Position numbers and translations under genes: made by a program. From Deltaproteobacteria bacterium (lineage in GTDB: Bacteria; Myxococcota; Kuafuiibacteriia; Kuafuiibacteriales; Kuafuiibacteriaceae), in NCBI GenBank assembly GCA_011526105.1, contig WYAZ01000099.1:2032-66031 (forward strand): a stretch of DNA of 64,000 nt, written 5' to 3'. This document shows, one piece after another, positions 37,234-47,911 of this stretch. Position 1 is the first letter of the stretch; each line of letters opens with the position of its first letter. Under the pieces are notes generated by a model, which worked only from the letters and a program-made list of their open reading frames with translations, was not told the origin of the DNA and made no database searches.

Positions 37234-38583
37234 GTGAAACCAGCCGCTGCGTGGGCCGTGGCATGGGCAAGCTGCGTCGGCTGCAGTGGCGGCGAGCGCT
37301 ATTTGTTCCTCGAGGCCGCCTGGGCCGAGGACAGCACCGTGGTGGTCGTGGCCTTGGGCTCGGACGGCCGACCGGACCAAGCGAGGTCGCCCAGCGTCAT
37401 CTCGGGTGAGGCCCGCTTCGTATTCGATCAGGACGGCTCCGCCTCCGTGGATCGAGTGGTGTTCCTCGAGTTCTTGGCCGGCTCGAGAGCCGCACTCGGC
37501 ATCGCACGGTGCGGGGTCGCAATGCTTGGTGCGGAGTCGCGTCTGCCCTCGCCCATCCATAGCTTCCATCTCCAGACCGGCGACGACGCACCGAAGCTGG
37601 TCGAGACGCCCCTCGCGTGGGGCGACCACGGCCCGCGCTTCGCCGATTGCACGCCCACCGCGTGCGATTCGGTCACGGTGAGTTCGGGCTCTCTGGTCGA
37701 GCACGCGACCTGGCGCATCCAAGGGATCACTCGCGTCCACGAGACTCGAGTTCTCGTGCGACTGTCCCACTCGAGCACAATCGGTCCGGGTCTGCTCCTC
37801 TTGGTGGAACGTCCCGACGAGGTCGTTCGCGCGATCGAAGGCCCAGTTCAGATGAGCGGGGCCGTTCGGATCGGCGATGCACTCCTGCTCACCGCGCAGG
37901 ACGGCGCGCTCTATCGCAGCGATCTCGAGCTCAGCGAGCTCATCCCGACCGGGACGGTGTCACCCAATCTCGGTCTCAGCCTCGAGCTCGACGGCCGCTC
38001 GGCCATCGGCTTCACCTACCACCACTCGGCCACGTATCGAGTCCATGGCGACGGCCGTGCGGGTCCGGCTCCCCTCGAGTTCCGGCACGCTCTCCATGAG
38101 CTGGTGTTCGGCCCGGATGGACGAGCGGCGGGGATCAGAACGGGTGAGAAGGCCGAGGTTCGCGACAACGCAGTAGCCGTCTTCGATGGTTCCAACTGGA
38201 CGCGGATTCCGCTTCCCCGGGAAGCGGACGGCGCGGAGGACGTGGTCTTCGAAGGCTCCGAACTCATCGTGGCGGGGCAAAAGGCGGTGTTCGAGCTGGG
38301 GAGCTCCGGGAGCCTGCAGCAGCTCGAACAGGTGCCCGGTCCCATTGGCCGAAACTTCTCGAGCCTCGCGAGGCTGGGACAGGGCTATGTGCTCGGCGGA
38401 CACACCGGCCTGCTTCAGCGCTTCGACCGAACCTCGTTCTGCACGCTGCCTTCGGGCAACAACGAGTCCATCGATTCGCTGATCGCGATGTCTCCGAGTA
38501 CGATCGTAGGGGGCTGGAAGTTTAGCCGAACCGAGACCCCGCAACTCATCTGGGTCGACGACGCCCTGCCGAACGACCCGTAG
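37234..38583 (+). CDS. Hypothetical lipoprotein with beta-propeller-like domain
   Basis: N-terminal CVGC lipobox-like; FDGSNW blade motif; architecture matches 17517-18947. Confidence 0.6.
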   Translation: MKPAAAWAVAWASCVGCSGGERYLFLEAAWAEDSTVVVVALGSDGRPDQARSPSVISGEARFVFDQDGSASVDRVVFLEFLAGSRAALGIARCGVAMLGAESRLPSPIHSFHLQTGDDAPKLVETPLAWGDHGPRFADCTPTACDSVTVSSGSLVEHATWRIQGITRVHETRVLVRLSHSSTIGPGLLLLVERPDEVVRAIEGPVQMSGAVRIGDALLLTAQDGALYRSDLELSELIPTGTVSPNLGLSLELDGRSAIGFTYHHSATYRVHGDGRAGPAPLEFRHALHELVFGPDGRAAGIRTGEKAEVRDNAVAVFDGSNWTRIPLPREADGAEDVVFEGSELIVAGQKAVFELGSSGSLQQLEQVPGPIGRNFSSLARLGQGYVLGGHTGLLQRFDRTSFCTLPSGNNESIDSLIAMSPSTIVGGWKFSRTETPQLIWVDDALPNDP

Positions 38584-38689
38584 CGGCCCACCGGGCACAA
38601 AAGACGCACTTCAGTCAAAATTTCAGGAGCTTCGCCCTCCCCCCACCAGCGCTTGAGAACGGGACCGCATGCGTAGTAGCTTGCGCGCG

Positions 38690-39427
38690 ATGCGAACTCT
38701 CAATCCCGCTCTCCTCGCTCTCCCCCTCGTACTCACCACCGCCTGCGGAACCGGCGCCAAGATCACCGGCGACGTCGCCGGCTTTGGCTTCGAGCTCAGG
38801 ACGGTCTTCGCCTGGCTCGACGCCACCGAGAGTGACCAAGAGGATGGACGCATCATCTTCACGACTCGCGATCGAAAGACCATGCGGGTGGTGCTCTCCG
38901 GCGCGAGCTTCGACCCCGAGAGCGACGTGCGGTTCTTGTCTGCAGGTGAGGTGTTCGACCTCGAGCGCGAGAACAGCATCAACGGGAGCATCACGTTCAA
39001 CATCACCAACTTCGACGCCGTGACCGAAGGCTCGGTGCTGCACTCCCCGCGCGACGAGGAGATGGGCGAGGACCCGCGGCTCACCTCCGTGGGTCACCAA
39101 TTCGCGTTCAAACGAGTCGAGGCTGACGCGGTGCTCCCGCCGGAGATCATCGGCTTTGGCTCAAAGGTCAGCTATCAGCTCACGATCACCAAGCTGGGCA
39201 AAGTACGCGGCGAGACTCTGTCGGGCACCCTCATCATCCGCGTCGAACGGGAAGAGAACGACCGCCAGGACGCCAAGACCGGCGAGATCACCGTCGAGTT
39301 CGACGCCTCCGTCATCGGCGAGGCCATCGCGGAGTGCAACAGCTCCGAGGGCCGCTCGTCGAGCTGCGAGCTGCTTCGACTCGGAACGCCGGCGCAGGGT
39401 TCGTCGGGCCTACTGAGCGCTTCGTAG
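38690..39427 (+). CDS. Hypothetical lipoprotein
   Basis: [19 protein letters not shown] lipobox; beta-rich body. Confidence 0.7.
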   Translation: MRTLNPALLALPLVLTTACGTGAKITGDVAGFGFELRTVFAWLDATESDQEDGRIIFTTRDRKTMRVVLSGASFDPESDVRFLSAGEVFDLERENSINGSITFNITNFDAVTEGSVLHSPRDEEMGEDPRLTSVGHQFAFKRVEADAVLPPEIIGFGSKVSYQLTITKLGKVRGETLSGTLIIRVEREENDRQDAKTGEITVEFDASVIGEAIAECNSSEGRSSSCELLRLGTPAQGSSGLLSAS

Positions 39428-40930
39428 GTGCCGGTCCACATCGTTGGACACGATGACCCCGTAGTTCGCCGCTCCGAGCCATCCGCTCATGATGATACCC
39501 ACGCTCCCGGCATGAAAGAGGCCGGTGACCTCCTTGGGCATGTTCTTGCTCACCGCGAGCCCTTCGAACTTGGTGCCAAAGGAAGTGCCCGCCTTGTGCT
39601 GCGTGAAGAACTCGAAGGTCCGCGGCGTGGCCACCTCCACATGGTCGAGCTTGTCGCCGATGCCCGGTAGATAGCCTTCGAGCACCTCGATGCTCTCCCT
39701 CGCCATCTTCTCCTTCTCGAGCAGGTACTGCGCCTCGCTCAGGTTCGCCCAATCTTCCCAGCGGGAGTTGATGGACGCGACCACGCTGAACATCTCGGAG
39801 CCCGGCCGAACATCGGGGTAGTAGAACGAGAACGTTCGGCTCGTACACTCGAGCGCCACGAGCGCGTCCGAATCGAACTCTGGATGAGTGCTGGTGAAGA
39901 AGAGCTCACCGATGTTCGGGATGCTCTCCCCGCGCCGCAGCCCGAGATAGACCTGCGAGCTCGAGCTGTTCATCCGCACCTGCTTGGCCTCGCGGACGAA
40001 CTCCGGGCGGCAGACCCCCGGCTCGAGCAGCTTCTCGACGGTGGTCACGAGGTTGGCGTTGGAGATGACCGCTTTCGCGCGCACCTCGCGGCCATTGACC
40101 AGCACGCCGGTGGCCCTGGGACCCTCCGGCCCGCGTTCGGCAAGGATCTGCTCCACCTGCGCGTGATTTCGCAGCTCCACCCCGTTCTTCTGAAGCTCCA
40201 GCTTCATCTTCTTGATCAGCTGGTCGGTTCCCCCCTGAAAGGTGAACACCCCCTTGGACATGAAGTTGGAGAACACGATCCCGTAGGTGATGGCGGGATC
40301 GTCCAAGGTGGAGCCGTTGGCGTACGCGATGGGCTCCATCAAGAGCCGCCAGACGTCCTTACGACCGGGGAAGAAGCGCTCGAAGAGCCCTCGGGTGGTG
40401 AGCGACTGGTCGTCGTAGAAGTTCATGCCGCGGGTGAAGTCGAAGAAGGCCTCCACCGTCGCCCGCTCGATGCCGAACTTCTCCACCAGGATACGTGTGA
40501 AGTCCGCGCGGTCGAACGTGGTCGAGAGACTAAACTCGGGGTTGTCGAAGCGAATCTCGCGGAGCTGGACGATCGAGTCGGCGATCTCCTGGGTCCAGTA
40601 TTTGCGGCAGGTCTTCACCATGCCCTGCGGAAAGCCGTGAAGCGAGATGTCGAAGACGTGGCCGTGTTTGCGCTTGAACCACGTGGCTAGGCCGCCAAAG
40701 TTGTAGTGCTGCTCGAGGAGCAAGACCGAGTGTCCGGCCTTGGCGAGCACGTTCGCCGAGGTGAGCCCGGCGAGACCCGACCCGATGACGATGACATCGT
40801 AGGCTGATTTGATCCCCTTGAGGTGGTCCACGCCCCGGCGCTGGTCTTCGGCCTTGCGAGCCCGCAAACCGGCCGGCGTCGTCGGTGCCGGCGGTGACAG
40901 GATGGAGTCTTTGCCCGACATGCCCTTCAC
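39410..40930 (-). CDS. CrtI/phytoene-desaturase-like FAD oxidoreductase
   Basis: [42 protein letters not shown]. Confidence 0.85.
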   Translation of the reverse strand: MKGMSGKDSILSPPAPTTPAGLRARKAEDQRRGVDHLKGIKSAYDVIVIGSGLAGLTSANVLAKAGHSVLLLEQHYNFGGLATWFKRKHGHVFDISLHGFPQGMVKTCRKYWTQEIADSIVQLREIRFDNPEFSLSTTFDRADFTRILVEKFGIERATVEAFFDFTRGMNFYDDQSLTTRGLFERFFPGRKDVWRLLMEPIAYANGSTLDDPAITYGIVFSNFMSKGVFTFQGGTDQLIKKMKLELQKNGVELRNHAQVEQILAERGPEGPRATGVLVNGREVRAKAVISNANLVTTVEKLLEPGVCRPEFVREAKQVRMNSSSSQVYLGLRRGESIPNIGELFFTSTHPEFDSDALVALECTSRTFSFYYPDVRPGSEMFSVVASINSRWEDWANLSEAQYLLEKEKMARESIEVLEGYLPGIGDKLDHVEVATPRTFEFFTQHKAGTSFGTKFEGLAVSKNMPKEVTGLFHAGSVGIIMSGWLGAANYGVIVSNDVDRHLRSAQ

Positions 40931-41406
40931 TCGACGGCGATCAGCTCGAGCTCCCGCACCTTGTCGCGCACTCGCAGCTCGACGATGTCGCCCACGTTCT
41001 TGCCGATGAGGCTCTGGCCGAGCGGAGAGGCCGGGGTGATGACGCGGATGATCTGTCCTTCGTGCTTCACCTTGACCCCACCGCCTTCGACGCCCACGAA
41101 GTAGATCTCGCGTTCCTCTCCGTCGTCCACGGTGACGAGGGCGCCGACATCCACCGGTCGCTTCGGACCAAAACGCACCACCGGCTGCGCGAGGAAGTTC
41201 GCGATGCTCGTCACGAGGGCCTCGGCGCGAGCGGTCTGCGCCCCGGCGAGATAGGACTGCTCGAGGCCGCGCGTGTCGTACTCGTTCTCGGGCTTGGCCT
41301 CCTCGTGGGTGGCGCCCTCGCGCGCGGCCGCCGCCGAGGCCTCGACCGTCTCGAGTTCGTCTTTGAGTACCTTCGTTATGCGCTCGATGATCTCGACCTT
41401 GTTCAT
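40927..41406 (-). CDS. GreA/GreB-family transcription factor-like protein
   Basis: N-terminal coiled coil [18 protein letters not shown]; C-terminal [18 protein letters not shown]. Confidence 0.8.
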   Translation of the reverse strand: MNKVEIIERITKVLKDELETVEASAAAAREGATHEEAKPENEYDTRGLEQSYLAGAQTARAEALVTSIANFLAQPVVRFGPKRPVDVGALVTVDDGEEREIYFVGVEGGGVKVKHEGQIIRVITPASPLGQSLIGKNVGDIVELRVRDKVRELELIAVE

Positions 41407-41410
41407 GGCC

Positions 41411-42811
41411 TCACCCCGACCCCACCGTATTGGCGACCGCAACTCCAGAAAGCATGGCCCCTACGATGCCGAGCATGCCCTGGTCCGTACCTATCACGAA
41501 CAGGTTCCCAAGGTCCGTTCGTCCGGTCTTTTGCTTGTGCGGGGACCCATAAATCGCGCCGTTGATGTGTCCGGTGTACTTGGTTACGGTCCGGGGGGTG
41601 AAGGCATCGGTATAGGTGACGTGAGGCCTGAAGTCACCGGCGACCCCCGCGGTCACCGACATCGACGCGCCCACCATGCGGGCCTTTTCGGCCTCGTATT
41701 CCTCCGCCCCCAGGCTGAACCAGCGCTGATTGTGCGCCAGGTGCGTCACCCGCAGGCGATGCTCCGCCAGAGGTGACTCATGAGCGAAGTTGTCCGGCAC
41801 ACAAATCACCGAGCTGTCGAGGTCGACGAGTCGGTCCTCGGGTGAGCGCCAAGTGAAGCGAGGGCCTCGGTTGTAGAAGGTGATGGCGGCGTCGAAGCCG
41901 AGTTCGCGCATCGGTCGTTTCAACACATGAATGGCCTCGGTGAAGGCGAGCTGGCCCTCGTGCTCACGAACTGCGTCCTTGGGTTGGTCGGAGCGAAGCC
42001 GCATCGTCTCGACCAAGCCGGCGCTCGAGAGCACCTGGCTTGCGGTGACCACCGCGCCATCATCGAGCTCGATCGCGGTGACCACACCGTCTCTGACGAG
42101 GAGTCGCGAGACGCCAGTGTTCCGCCGAAGCTCGCCCCCGGTCTCCGCGTAGCGGCGTACGAGGGCAAAGATGATGGTCTTCACCCCTTCGCGCGGCCGA
42201 CAGAAGCCCTCTCGATAGATGCTGTTGAAGAGGATCTGAAACTGCTCGAAGTCGACGTCGTCTTCGTGAGCGCTGCCGTACCAAAGAAGCGGCGCGAGCA
42301 GCATCTCGCGGAGCAGGGGCTCTTTGATGTAGCCTTCGAGGCGATCGCGTGTGGACTCAAAGGGCACGTCTTGGTTCGCCTCCGGATAACCTTCGAGGTC
42401 ACCCGCCAAGCGAAGAAAGCCATCCACCTCCGCCGGGAACTCGCGAGCGATCTCGCTGGCCAGGCGTTCGAGCCCGTTCTCGAACCGAAGCCGCACATCG
42501 CCAAAGATCACCTGTGAGTGACCCTGTTTTTCGAGCTGAAACAGCTCGGGCGAGAGCCTCAGCTGCCGATAGATGCGCTGCAGCGGCACACGAGGGCCCC
42601 GATAGCCGGGCTCGAGCCAATTGGTCATGGCGTGAAGGCCGGTGTCGAAGTGATGACCACCCTTCTTGTAGAACGAGTTGAGCCCACCCCAAACTGAGTG
42701 GCGCTCGAGGATGCAGACCTTCTTGCCAAAATGCGCGAGTCGGATGCCCGCCGCCAGCCCCGACATACCGGCGCCGATGATCGCGACGTCGAAGTGCGAG
42801 GATGAGCCCAC
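41411..42811 (-). CDS. CrtI/phytoene-desaturase-like FAD oxidoreductase
   Basis: IGAGMSG, FDTGLHA, FTPRTV, GAIYGSP, GTDQGMLGIVGA. Confidence 0.85.
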   Translation of the reverse strand: MGSSSHFDVAIIGAGMSGLAAGIRLAHFGKKVCILERHSVWGGLNSFYKKGGHHFDTGLHAMTNWLEPGYRGPRVPLQRIYRQLRLSPELFQLEKQGHSQVIFGDVRLRFENGLERLASEIAREFPAEVDGFLRLAGDLEGYPEANQDVPFESTRDRLEGYIKEPLLREMLLAPLLWYGSAHEDDVDFEQFQILFNSIYREGFCRPREGVKTIIFALVRRYAETGGELRRNTGVSRLLVRDGVVTAIELDDGAVVTASQVLSSAGLVETMRLRSDQPKDAVREHEGQLAFTEAIHVLKRPMRELGFDAAITFYNRGPRFTWRSPEDRLVDLDSSVICVPDNFAHESPLAEHRLRVTHLAHNQRWFSLGAEEYEAEKARMVGASMSVTAGVAGDFRPHVTYTDAFTPRTVTKYTGHINGAIYGSPHKQKTGRTDLGNLFVIGTDQGMLGIVGAMLSGVAVANTVGSG

Positions 42812-42825
42812 GATTCCGAGCGAGC

Positions 42826-43083
<258 letters not shown>

Positions 43084-43100
43084 GGATGCTAATCCTCGCT

Positions 43101-44333
43101 TCACTCGAAGCGTTTTGCGATGACGGTCGAGTTGATGCCGAGCATCCCGAACGAGTTGTTCAGGATGGTCTTCACATCTCGCTTGGCCGGTCGGTTCAGG
43201 ACCAGGCCGTCGATGGCGCACTCGGGGTCGAGCGCATCCACGTTGATGGATGCGTGCACCTGACCGTCCCAAAACGAGGGCAGGTTCCCGGCGAGCTCGA
43301 GGGCTCCGGCCGCGCCCATGGTGTGGCCGATGAAGCTCTTGGTGTTGTTGACAGAGACGCCCGGAGCGCCTTCGAACACGCTGCGGATCGCTCGACACTC
43401 CTGGATGTCGCCCATGGGGGTGGCGGTCGCGTGGGCGCTCACGAGGTCGATGTCGGTGGGCTGCAGCTTCGCGCGTTCGAGCGCGAGGCGCATGCAGGCC
43501 TTTTGACCCTCGGTGTCGGGGAGCACGAAGTCGGTGGCGTCGGAGGTCACGGCATAGCCGACGATCTCAGCCATGATGGTGGCGCCGCGCGCTGCCGCGT
43601 CTTCGAGGCGTTCGAGCGTGTAGAGGCAGCCGCCCTCGGAGACCACGATGCCGTTTCGCGCGGTGTCGAAGGGGCGCGAGGCCTTGCTCGGGTCGTCGTG
43701 CTCCGCGAGTGCCCCTTGGGCCTTGAAGCTCGCGAAGATGCCAAAGGTATGAATGGACTCGGACACCCCGCCGGCGATCGCGAGATCAACCTCGCCGAGG
43801 CGAAGCATCTGGGCCGCCTGGATGATGCCGAGGTTTCCGGCCGCACAAGCGGCGCCAATGCAGTAGTGGGGTCCGCGAATGCCCATGTTGAGGGTGATTT
43901 CGCCAGCTGGGTTGTTAGCGACGGTGCGCGGATTGTGGTGGTGCGACCAGTACTTGGTGTCGTTGCCAAACTCGGCGAGCTGCGCGATCTCGTTCTCGGT
44001 CTCGACGTTGCCGTGTTCGGTGGTGCCGACGTACACGCCCACTCTTCGTCCATCCACCTTGCTCCAGTCGAGCCCCGAACTCTTCACCGCTTCCTGGGCG
44101 CAGTAGATCGCGATGGAGCCGGCTCTGGTGCCTCGGCGTAGCTCCTTGCGCTTCTGATAGCGAAGCTCGTCGAAGTCGCAGACGCCGGCGAGGACCTGGC
44201 CCATGTGGCGAGTCTCGAATCGTCGGATCCCCGAGACCCCAGCCAGCAGGTTCTTCCGGAAGGTCTCGAGGTCGTTTCCGTTCGGCGAGGTGAGGCCGAC
44301 GCCGGTGATGACCACTCGGGAGAGCGAAGGCAT
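43101..44333 (-). CDS. fabF: Beta-ketoacyl-ACP synthase II-like
   Basis: RVVITG, AACAAG (Cys), SAHATAT (His), KSFIGHTMGAAG (His), NSFGMLG. Confidence 0.92.
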   Translation of the reverse strand: MPSLSRVVITGVGLTSPNGNDLETFRKNLLAGVSGIRRFETRHMGQVLAGVCDFDELRYQKRKELRRGTRAGSIAIYCAQEAVKSSGLDWSKVDGRRVGVYVGTTEHGNVETENEIAQLAEFGNDTKYWSHHHNPRTVANNPAGEITLNMGIRGPHYCIGAACAAGNLGIIQAAQMLRLGEVDLAIAGGVSESIHTFGIFASFKAQGALAEHDDPSKASRPFDTARNGIVVSEGGCLYTLERLEDAAARGATIMAEIVGYAVTSDATDFVLPDTEGQKACMRLALERAKLQPTDIDLVSAHATATPMGDIQECRAIRSVFEGAPGVSVNNTKSFIGHTMGAAGALELAGNLPSFWDGQVHASINVDALDPECAIDGLVLNRPAKRDVKTILNNSFGMLGINSTVIAKRFE

Positions 44334-44494
44334 TCGCGGGCAGGTAGCACGTCTTTTCCCCGTCGGGGAACAGAGAAGCCAAGCCCGAGACAAAACCATG
44401 TATTTACAGTGTCTTAGACTGTACACCTCGGTGTTCTGGACCACGAAGCAGCGCCCTGCACGAGGAGGGCTGGCCGCGCGCCGATTCTCTGCCT

Positions 44495-45205
44495 ATGCAG
44501 GACGCGGTGAGTTCGAAGCTGCCCCGAGCGGTCCGTAGAGCGTTGCGGACGGTCGCCGACGAAACGCGAGCCCCCGAGATGGCGCGCTACATGAAGTCGA
44601 ACATGCCGTTCCTCGGGGTCATGAAGAACGACCGCGTTCGAGCCCTGAGGCCGGTCTTTGAGCAGCATCCCCTCGAGGACTTCGAGTCGTGGACACGTGC
44701 AGTGCTCGAGCTCTGGGACGGCGCGAAGTACCGGGAAGAGCGCTACGCGGCCCTCGATCTGTCGGGGCAGCCTCGCTACCGCAAGTTCCACTCAATCGAT
44801 GCGCTAGCCATGTACGAGCACATCATCCTGACCGGCGCGTGGTGGGACTACGTCGATACCGCAGCGTCGGGCCGCTTCATCCACATCTTCGAGCGAGACG
44901 CCAAAGCGATGACCAAGCTCATGCGGAAGTGGTCGACCCGCCAAGACAGCTTCTGGATCCGGCGAGCCGCGATCCTCTCCCAGCTCAAGCGCAAGGAGGA
45001 CACCGATCGCGACCTTCTGCGCGCATGCATCGAGAGCAACCTCGGCGACAAGGAGTTTTTCATCCGCAAGGCCATCGGCTGGGCGCTTCGCCAGCTCTCC
45101 TATGTCGACCCGAAGTGGGTTCGAGAGTTCATCCGAGCTCACGACGCGCAGATGAGCGGGCTCAGCAAGCGGGAGGCGCTGCGCGTGCTCCATCGCCGTC
45201 GCTGA
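44495..45205 (+). CDS. DNA alkylation repair protein (AlkD-like)
   Basis: MARYMK..PFLG, REERY, WWDYVD, EFFIRKAIGWALR. Confidence 0.88.
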   Translation: MQDAVSSKLPRAVRRALRTVADETRAPEMARYMKSNMPFLGVMKNDRVRALRPVFEQHPLEDFESWTRAVLELWDGAKYREERYAALDLSGQPRYRKFHSIDALAMYEHIILTGAWWDYVDTAASGRFIHIFERDAKAMTKLMRKWSTRQDSFWIRRAAILSQLKRKEDTDRDLLRACIESNLGDKEFFIRKAIGWALRQLSYVDPKWVREFIRAHDAQMSGLSKREALRVLHRRR

Positions 45206-45218
45206 GGCCCTCGGCGCT

Positions 45219-46706
45219 CTACGGACAGAGCTGGGTCACCGCCGCATTCGCTCGCAGCAGTTGGTTGTCACGCGTCATGTACAGCATCGACTCCGCATAG
45301 CCGCCGGTGTTGTACGTGGTCTGAAGCGCCACGTTATCGAGTGCGTTTCCGCCCACCACCGCCTGAATTGCCCAGTCGGTCCTTTGAACTGCGGTGATGT
45401 TGCCCCAACACCAGAGCGAGTGATCGGCCAACCGTGCGCAGGAGTTCAGGTACCCCATGTTGTACTCAACCACCCCCGTCAGCGGCACGTCGTTTGCCTG
45501 CACCACCTGCCGCGGCGTGAGCTTGCAATAGTTGATGCAGCCATCGTGATTGGCGGGGAGGGTGTGACCCCCGATGCCCACCTGCCCGCTGTTGTTGGAG
45601 CCCCAGCAGTAGACCGCGTCTGCGATGCGAACGCAGGTCGCGTCCGCCCCCGCCCCCAGCTGATCGACCGGTCCGGGCAGCGTGACCTGAACCGGATAGA
45701 GGCGCCCGACCTGGTCACCCTGCCCCAGCGGTCCGCCGATGTTGGCGGCCCAGCACCACAGCTCTCGATTCGTGGTGCCGTTTCGGATGACACACGCATG
45801 GCGAAGCCCAACACTCACCTCGAGCACGCCAGTGAGCGGGTTCGTGGCATCCGCCATGATCTGCGTCGCGGATGGTCGATGGCCGGCGACGCCATCGTTA
45901 AACAGCGTGCCGCCGCCGCCGCCGCTGGCGTCGGGCGAGCCCCAGCACCAGAGCGTACCGTCCAGCCGCACCGCGCAGGTGTTGGATGCGGCGTAGCCTC
46001 GCGAAGCGCCCCGGTTGATCTGGACGACGTCTGTGATGGGGAAGCCGGTCGAGTCCATCACCTGAGTCGCGATGAAGAGATCGGCGTTAGTGAGATTGGC
46101 GATGATCGAACCGTTGCCGAGCTGACCGCTGGCGTTCCCCCCGGCGGACGTCGGCCAGCACCAGACGGTGTTGTCGGTTTTGCGCGCGCAGCCATGCGCG
46201 TTGCCAGAGTAGATCTGCCTGACGTCCGCGAGTTCCGCCCCGCCGGCCACGGTGATGACGCGCCCCGGGCCGTTCCAATGCACCACCGTGCCGTTGGTGC
46301 GCAGGTAGTGGCTGCCCTCCAGACGCTCGATGCAGCTGCAGGACTCTCCCAGACAAACCTCTCCGTTGGCGCACGAGTTCGGCGCCACGGTACAGACGGC
46401 GGGTCCGGCATCGGGTACCTCGGCGTCGGACTCCGCCGCATCGGGCTCCGCCGCATCAGGCTCCGCCGCATCAGGCTCGGCCGCGTCGGGCTCCGCCGCA
46501 TCAAGCTCCGCCGCGTCCGCGAATCCGGCATCCAACCGGCCAGCATCCCTCGAGGCAGCATCGAGAACTCGAGCGTCGGCCGCTCCGGCGTCCGACGTCC
46601 GCGCGTCGACCCGGATCGACCCATCTTGGACCTCGTTGTTCGAGCGATCGCAGCCGAGGAGCGCGACCATGGCGACCACCGCAGCGCGGCTCATCCATCC
46701 ATGCAT
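45219..46706 (-). CDS. RCC1-repeat lipoprotein
   Basis: LLGC lipobox; DA-rich linker; repeated HxC...WCWG..N..GQLG units. Confidence 0.85.
   Translation of the reverse strand: MHGWMSRAAVVAMVALLGCDRSNNEVQDGSIRVDARTSDAGAADARVLDAASRDAGRLDAGFADAAELDAAEPDAAEPDAAEPDAAEPDAAESDAEVPDAGPAVCTVAPNSCANGEVCLGESCSCIERLEGSHYLRTNGTVVHWNGPGRVITVAGGAELADVRQIYSGNAHGCARKTDNTVWCWPTSAGGNASGQLGNGSIIANLTNADLFIATQVMDSTGFPITDVVQINRGASRGYAASNTCAVRLDGTLWCWGSPDASGGGGGTLFNDGVAGHRPSATQIMADATNPLTGVLEVSVGLRHACVIRNGTTNRELWCWAANIGGPLGQGDQVGRLYPVQVTLPGPVDQLGAGADATCVRIADAVYCWGSNNSGQVGIGGHTLPANHDGCINYCKLTPRQVVQANDVPLTGVVEYNMGYLNSCARLADHSLWCWGNITAVQRTDWAIQAVVGGNALDNVALQTTYNTGGYAESMLYMTRDNQLLRANAAVTQLCP
46431..46520 (-). repeat. 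15-bp coding tandem repeat, six copies (DAAEP)
   Basis: CTCCGCCGCATCRGG-like units on the + strand at a 15-nt period. Confidence 0.9.
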
Positions 46707-46894
46707 CGGCGGAGACTACCGCGATCGTGCTGGATGACAAAGGCGGATCGAGCGCATGGGCAACGCGAGCTCTCGGCCCCCTACGGAGGCACGACGTGGG
46801 TCACTGGGGTCCAGGGTATGTCGGATCTCGACACAGATCGGAACCGCCCCTCGAGATGATGGCGATGACACGCCGCTTCCGGTAGCACTGAGGA

Positions 46895-47908
46895 GTGCAC
46901 GACGCGCGCTCCTCCTCGGCCGCAGCTCACCTGCGAGACATCCTGACGCTCATCTTCGAGCATCCACTCGAGGCGCCGGCGCTGGTCGTCTACGACGCTC
47001 GCTGCGAGCTGGCCCGTTTGCTCGAGCAAGCCTATCGGGCCGCGCTCCCGAACGGCCGGTTTGTGCCGTTCGACGAGAGCACCCCCGAGGCCGTGATGCT
47101 GGCCTTCGAACAACTCGAGCGGGGTGCACTCGTGGTCCTCGTCGAATCGTCGAGTTTTCGACTCGATGCGTTCCGGATTCGGGTCGAGCTCTTCAACCGA
47201 GGCATGAAGGTCATCGAACACCCGCACCTCGACGCAATGACCGGCCCCGAGATCGATCTCTACGTCGAATCCTTGGCCTACGACCCTGCGTACTACCGGA
47301 CCCTCGGTGAAGCGCTGCGCGCCCGAATCGACGCCGCGCGAAGCGGCGAGGTCGACAGCGACGGAGTCACGCTGCGGTACGAATCAGCCTTCGAGCCGGC
47401 CAAGCTCAACACCGGCGACTACTCGAGTCTTCAGCACAAGGGCGGGCAGTTCCCTATCGGAGAGGTCTTCACCGAGGCGGTCGATCTGGAGCGCGTCAAC
47501 GGCCGCGCGCGGATCTACGCTTTTGCGGACATCGACTTTCACCTCGATGTCCCAGCGGCTCCCATCGAGCTGGTCATCGAGCGAGGGCGTGTCACCGATG
47601 TCATCGGCTCGACCCCTGCATTCGACGAGGTCATCCATCAGATCACGAGCACAGAGGGCGAGGTCTGGGTGCGCGAGCTCGGCCTCGGCATGAACCGGGC
47701 GTTCTCGAGAGAGCGCCTCGTGAGCGACGTGGGCACCTACGAACGTGTGTGCGGGGTACATCTATCCATCGGCGGCAAGCACAACGTCTACAAGAAGGCC
47801 GGCTTCAGCCGCAAGGATCTACGAGCTCACGTGGATGTCTTCGTCGTGACGGACGAGGTGCGGCTGGACGATCGGGTGATCTACCGAGATGGGGCTTGGT
47901 GCCCTTGA
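46895..47908 (+). CDS. M29/aminopeptidase T-like metallopeptidase fold protein
   Basis: QFPIGEVFTE, RELGLGMN, YER..GVHLSIG, HVDVF. Confidence 0.65.
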   Translation: MHDARSSSAAAHLRDILTLIFEHPLEAPALVVYDARCELARLLEQAYRAALPNGRFVPFDESTPEAVMLAFEQLERGALVVLVESSSFRLDAFRIRVELFNRGMKVIEHPHLDAMTGPEIDLYVESLAYDPAYYRTLGEALRARIDAARSGEVDSDGVTLRYESAFEPAKLNTGDYSSLQHKGGQFPIGEVFTEAVDLERVNGRARIYAFADIDFHLDVPAAPIELVIERGRVTDVIGSTPAFDEVIHQITSTEGEVWVRELGLGMNRAFSRERLVSDVGTYERVCGVHLSIGGKHNVYKKAGFSRKDLRAHVDVFVVTDEVRLDDRVIYRDGAWCP

Positions 47909-47911
47909 AGC

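Noticed and set aside
24954-42811. Carotenoid biosynthesis cluster suggested by five CrtI-like genes
   Set aside because: No phytoene synthase, GGPP synthase or cyclase in the window; the context is ACP/Fab/Ole
46431-46520. Possible CRISPR or contingency repeat
   Set aside because: In-frame 15-bp coding repeat with no spacers, encoding an ordinary DA-rich lipoprotein linker
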